A DNA stretch of 63,596 nt, counting the filler. It is 5 parts of 5 records of this genome, joined end to end, with 100 filler letters (N's around TTAATTAATTAA, not from the genome) between each part and the next. Parts side by side here need not be neighbours in the genome. Positions count along the whole stretch, not along the records: positions 58,075 to 63,596 come from DRR723986_5752; 4 more parts are not named here. One strand, written 5' to 3'. This document shows positions 61,256 through 63,596 of the stretch, piece by piece. A program made the translations under genes and the position numbers. Numbering within the stretch: position 1 is the first letter of the stretch; each line of letters opens with the position of its first letter. A model generated the notes under the pieces. That model saw nothing but the letters and a program-made list of their open reading frames with translations. It was not told the origin of the DNA and did not search any database.

Positions 61256-61276
61256 GTCGTTTTCTTGATACTCAGC

Positions 61277-63112
61277 TTACTCGGCAGGTGCGCCAGCAGC
61301 AGACCCCGAGGGCTCCCGCTTGCTGTCGCGATACAGTGCCTTGGTCAGGGCGATACACATCAGACCCATCACCATGGTAAAGGGCAGTGCACCGATGATC
61401 ATCGCGCTCTTCAACGCTTCCATCGGGTCGCCAGCGCTGCTGGATTTACCTGCAACAAGCAAGGTGCCGATCACAGCGGTCAGGATCAGACCCCAGACGA
61501 TGCGGTGCTTGATGCCGGTGTCCTGCTCGCCGCCAGACATGATGGTGTTCATAACCAGAATGCCCGAGTCTGCCGATGTGACCAAGAAGGTCATGATCAG
61601 CACAACACACATGATGGTGATGCCGGTCAGGAACCCGCCTGAAATCATCTGCTGCAGGGTAACAAACAGCTTTGCCGTGTTCGAGGCACCAACGATGGCC
61701 CCTTCGGCTGCGCCGCTCAGTTCCAGGTCAATCGCCGTGCCGCCCAGAATGGTCATCCATGCAAAGCAGACCATCGCCGGTGCAAACACGCAGCCGATGA
61801 TGAATTCACGCACAGACCGACCACGCGAGATGCGCGCCAGGAACAAGCCAACGAAAGGCGAGAATGCGATCCACCAAGCCCAGTAGAACGTGGTCCAGCC
61901 AGCCTGCCAGCCGAATTGACGCGCAGGTTCACCCGCCGCGTAAGCCGCTTGCAGAACGTCATCAGACAATGCAGCCGCTTCGCCTTCGAGACCGGATTTG
62001 AAACCGTCAAACGAACCCCAGACGTTGGTCGCACCACCGCGCAGAGCGTCGGCAAGGCCAGCCGCCTCGGCAGGCAGCGCCGCGTCAAACGAGCTGGTGT
62101 CCTGTGGGCTGAACGGGCCAAAGCTGAGCGAGGTAAAGTGCAGGATGTAGTCAACAAACGCGCTGGCGTATGTGGTCATGGCAAAGAAGAAAGAGCCAAA
62201 GACAACAAACGTGGTCAGCAGGATCAGCGACAGAACCAGGTTCAGGTTGGACAGGTATTTCACACCCCGACCAACGCCGGATACCGCAGACAGGATCGAC
62301 AGACCCATGATCATGCACAGACCCGAGATCAGGCCAACGGTGCCGGGTGCAGGCGCGTCGCCTGACATATCCATCATCCATTCCGCGCCGGTGATGGCAT
62401 ACATGCCGTCCACGAACTGCGATACACCAAAGCCGATGGTCACGGACACACCCAGAATGGTTGCAACCACGCCAAGCACGTCAACGATGTGACCCAATAT
62501 GCCGTTCATCATCGAGCCAAACAGCGGCGTCAAAGCGGTACGGATGGTCAGCGGCATGTTGCGTGTATAGGCATAGTACGCCAGCGACAGGCCAGTCACC
62601 ACGTAGATGGCCCAAGCATGGAACCCATAGTGCAGGAATGTGTAGCGGAAACCGGCTTGAATGGCTTCTTCGGTGCGGGGCGCGACCTCTTGTGCGATCA
62701 CAACGGGGTTTGATCCCCACAGGCCCAGCGGCTCAGCGGTGGCGAATACCATCAGACCGACACCCAGACCGGCGCCGAACATCATCGAGAACCAAGAGAA
62801 GTTGGAAAACTCGGGCGCTTCGCCCGGGGTGCCCATTACGCGCTTGCCGGTTTGGGGCAGGGCGGCAACGACCAGCAGAAAGAAGGCAAAGAAGCCCACG
62901 ATGACGATATAGAAACCGTTGAAATCCTGCAGCAGGCGGCCGTTCAGGCTGCCGAGCGTGCCCTGCGCGTTGGCAGGGAACATCAGGGCCCATAGGACCA
63001 GTGCGACCATAATGCCCTTGCTCAGCAGGGCGATAGGAACACTGTTCCCCTCGTAAAACCCGGTTGCAGCTTTTTTGATCTGCAACTCGGTGAATGGTTG
63101 TTTGACGGACAT
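61277..63112 (-). CDS. BCCT family (betaine/carnitine/choline) transporter
   Basis: PEFSNFSWFSMMFGAGLG, HYGFHAW and WTTFYWAWWIAFSPFVGLFLARISRGR; GAGGAGG SD before the ATG at 63112. Confidence 0.95.
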   Translation of the reverse strand: MSVKQPFTELQIKKAATGFYEGNSVPIALLSKGIMVALVLWALMFPANAQGTLGSLNGRLLQDFNGFYIVIVGFFAFFLLVVAALPQTGKRVMGTPGEAPEFSNFSWFSMMFGAGLGVGLMVFATAEPLGLWGSNPVVIAQEVAPRTEEAIQAGFRYTFLHYGFHAWAIYVVTGLSLAYYAYTRNMPLTIRTALTPLFGSMMNGILGHIVDVLGVVATILGVSVTIGFGVSQFVDGMYAITGAEWMMDMSGDAPAPGTVGLISGLCMIMGLSILSAVSGVGRGVKYLSNLNLVLSLILLTTFVVFGSFFFAMTTYASAFVDYILHFTSLSFGPFSPQDTSSFDAALPAEAAGLADALRGGATNVWGSFDGFKSGLEGEAAALSDDVLQAAYAAGEPARQFGWQAGWTTFYWAWWIAFSPFVGLFLARISRGRSVREFIIGCVFAPAMVCFAWMTILGGTAIDLELSGAAEGAIVGASNTAKLFVTLQQMISGGFLTGITIMCVVLIMTFLVTSADSGILVMNTIMSGGEQDTGIKHRIVWGLILTAVIGTLLVAGKSSSAGDPMEALKSAMIIGALPFTMVMGLMCIALTKALYRDSKREPSGSAAGAPAE

Positions 63113-63332
63113 ACGCGCGACCTCCTCTGTCGTGATTTTCCCAATTGGCGGCATAGGATGGGCTTGAGAAGGTATGTATACGGTCTAAATCTGCCTTTAT
63201 GCGACCTTTTGCGCTAACAATGTGAACGAATTACGACAGAAGTCGGGATACCATTGTATACTTTGCACCAATCCAAATAGGATGGATCCGACAGTTTGGT
63301 CGCGAAATGCGAAAAAATTAACACCAAAATGC

Positions 63333-63366
63333 GAAACGCGGCCCGCTCAAAGAGAGGCCGCGTTTC
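63333..63366 (-). terminator. Cold-shock gene terminator
   Basis: GAAACGCGGCC..CTC/GAG..GGCCGCGTTTC stem; weak U-tract. Confidence 0.65.
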
Positions 63367-63389
63367 AGAATTTCTAACTCGAAAAAGGC

Positions 63390-63596
63390 TTACGCCAGTG
63401 CGAGGTTTACCGCTGCTTCGCGGCCGTCACGGCCGGGCTCGATGTCGAAAGTAACTTTCTGGTTGTCGGCCAGACCTGTCAGGCCGGAACGCTCAACAGC
63501 AGAAATGTGTACAAACACGTCTTTGCTGCCGCCATCGGGTGCGATAAAGCCGAAGCCTTTAGTAGAGTTGAACCATTTTACGGTGCCAGTGGCCAT
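63390..63596 (-). CDS. cspA: Cold-shock protein
   Basis: GTVKWFN, KGFGFI and DVFVHIS (RNP1/RNP2). Confidence 0.95.
   Translation of the reverse strand: MATGTVKWFNSTKGFGFIAPDGGSKDVFVHISAVERSGLTGLADNQKVTFDIEPGRDGREAAVNLALA

Overview
The window is not one locus. It is five unrelated contigs joined by 100-bp N linkers that each carry TTAATTAATTAA, so no gene-neighbourhood inference should cross those linkers. Taxonomic assignments below are inferences from gene content and style. (1) 1-7450 is Rhodobacteraceae-like housekeeping DNA: LLM oxidoreductase, TetR, ppk2, hydrolase, metA, a P-loop protein, two DMT transporters and the guaA 3' end. (2) 7551-16695 is Marinobacter-like: AI-2E, MgtC, a PNPOx-like/MocR pair, ZIP, YqeY, GST, PfpI plus RHH, SDR, DUF2750 and the eutC 3' end. 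(3) 16796-48528 is from an FCB-group organism, possibly Kapabacteria/Ignavibacteria-like: gdhA, an ArsR-TauE-PDO/rhodanese-YeeE sulfur locus, two T9SS cargo paralogues, pepP, pfkA-nadK-pyk, nrdJ, fumC, tRNA-Ile(CAT), several uncharacterised outer-membrane proteins, glgA, TonB and a SPOR protein. (4) 48629-57974 is the end of an alphaproteobacterial integrative element: type I R-M, M48 peptidase, a tRNA-derived att remnant, a DUF433/PIN toxin-antitoxin pair and an RfaH-like fragment. (5) 58075-63596 is Roseobacter-like: gabD, creatinase, a BCCT transporter and a cold-shock gene. The best candidates for something undescribed are non-coding. One is a compact riboswitch-like leader upstream of creatinase (59692-59785) with alternative pseudoknot/hairpin folds and a helix that sequesters the Shine-Dalgarno sequence. 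The other is a pair of sibling small-RNA candidates between nrdJ and fumC (35397-35463 and 35734-35800) that share a 15-nt seed, have covarying terminator stems and sit downstream of matching ECF-type promoters. All calls come from reading the sequence by eye; no searches or folding programs were run.
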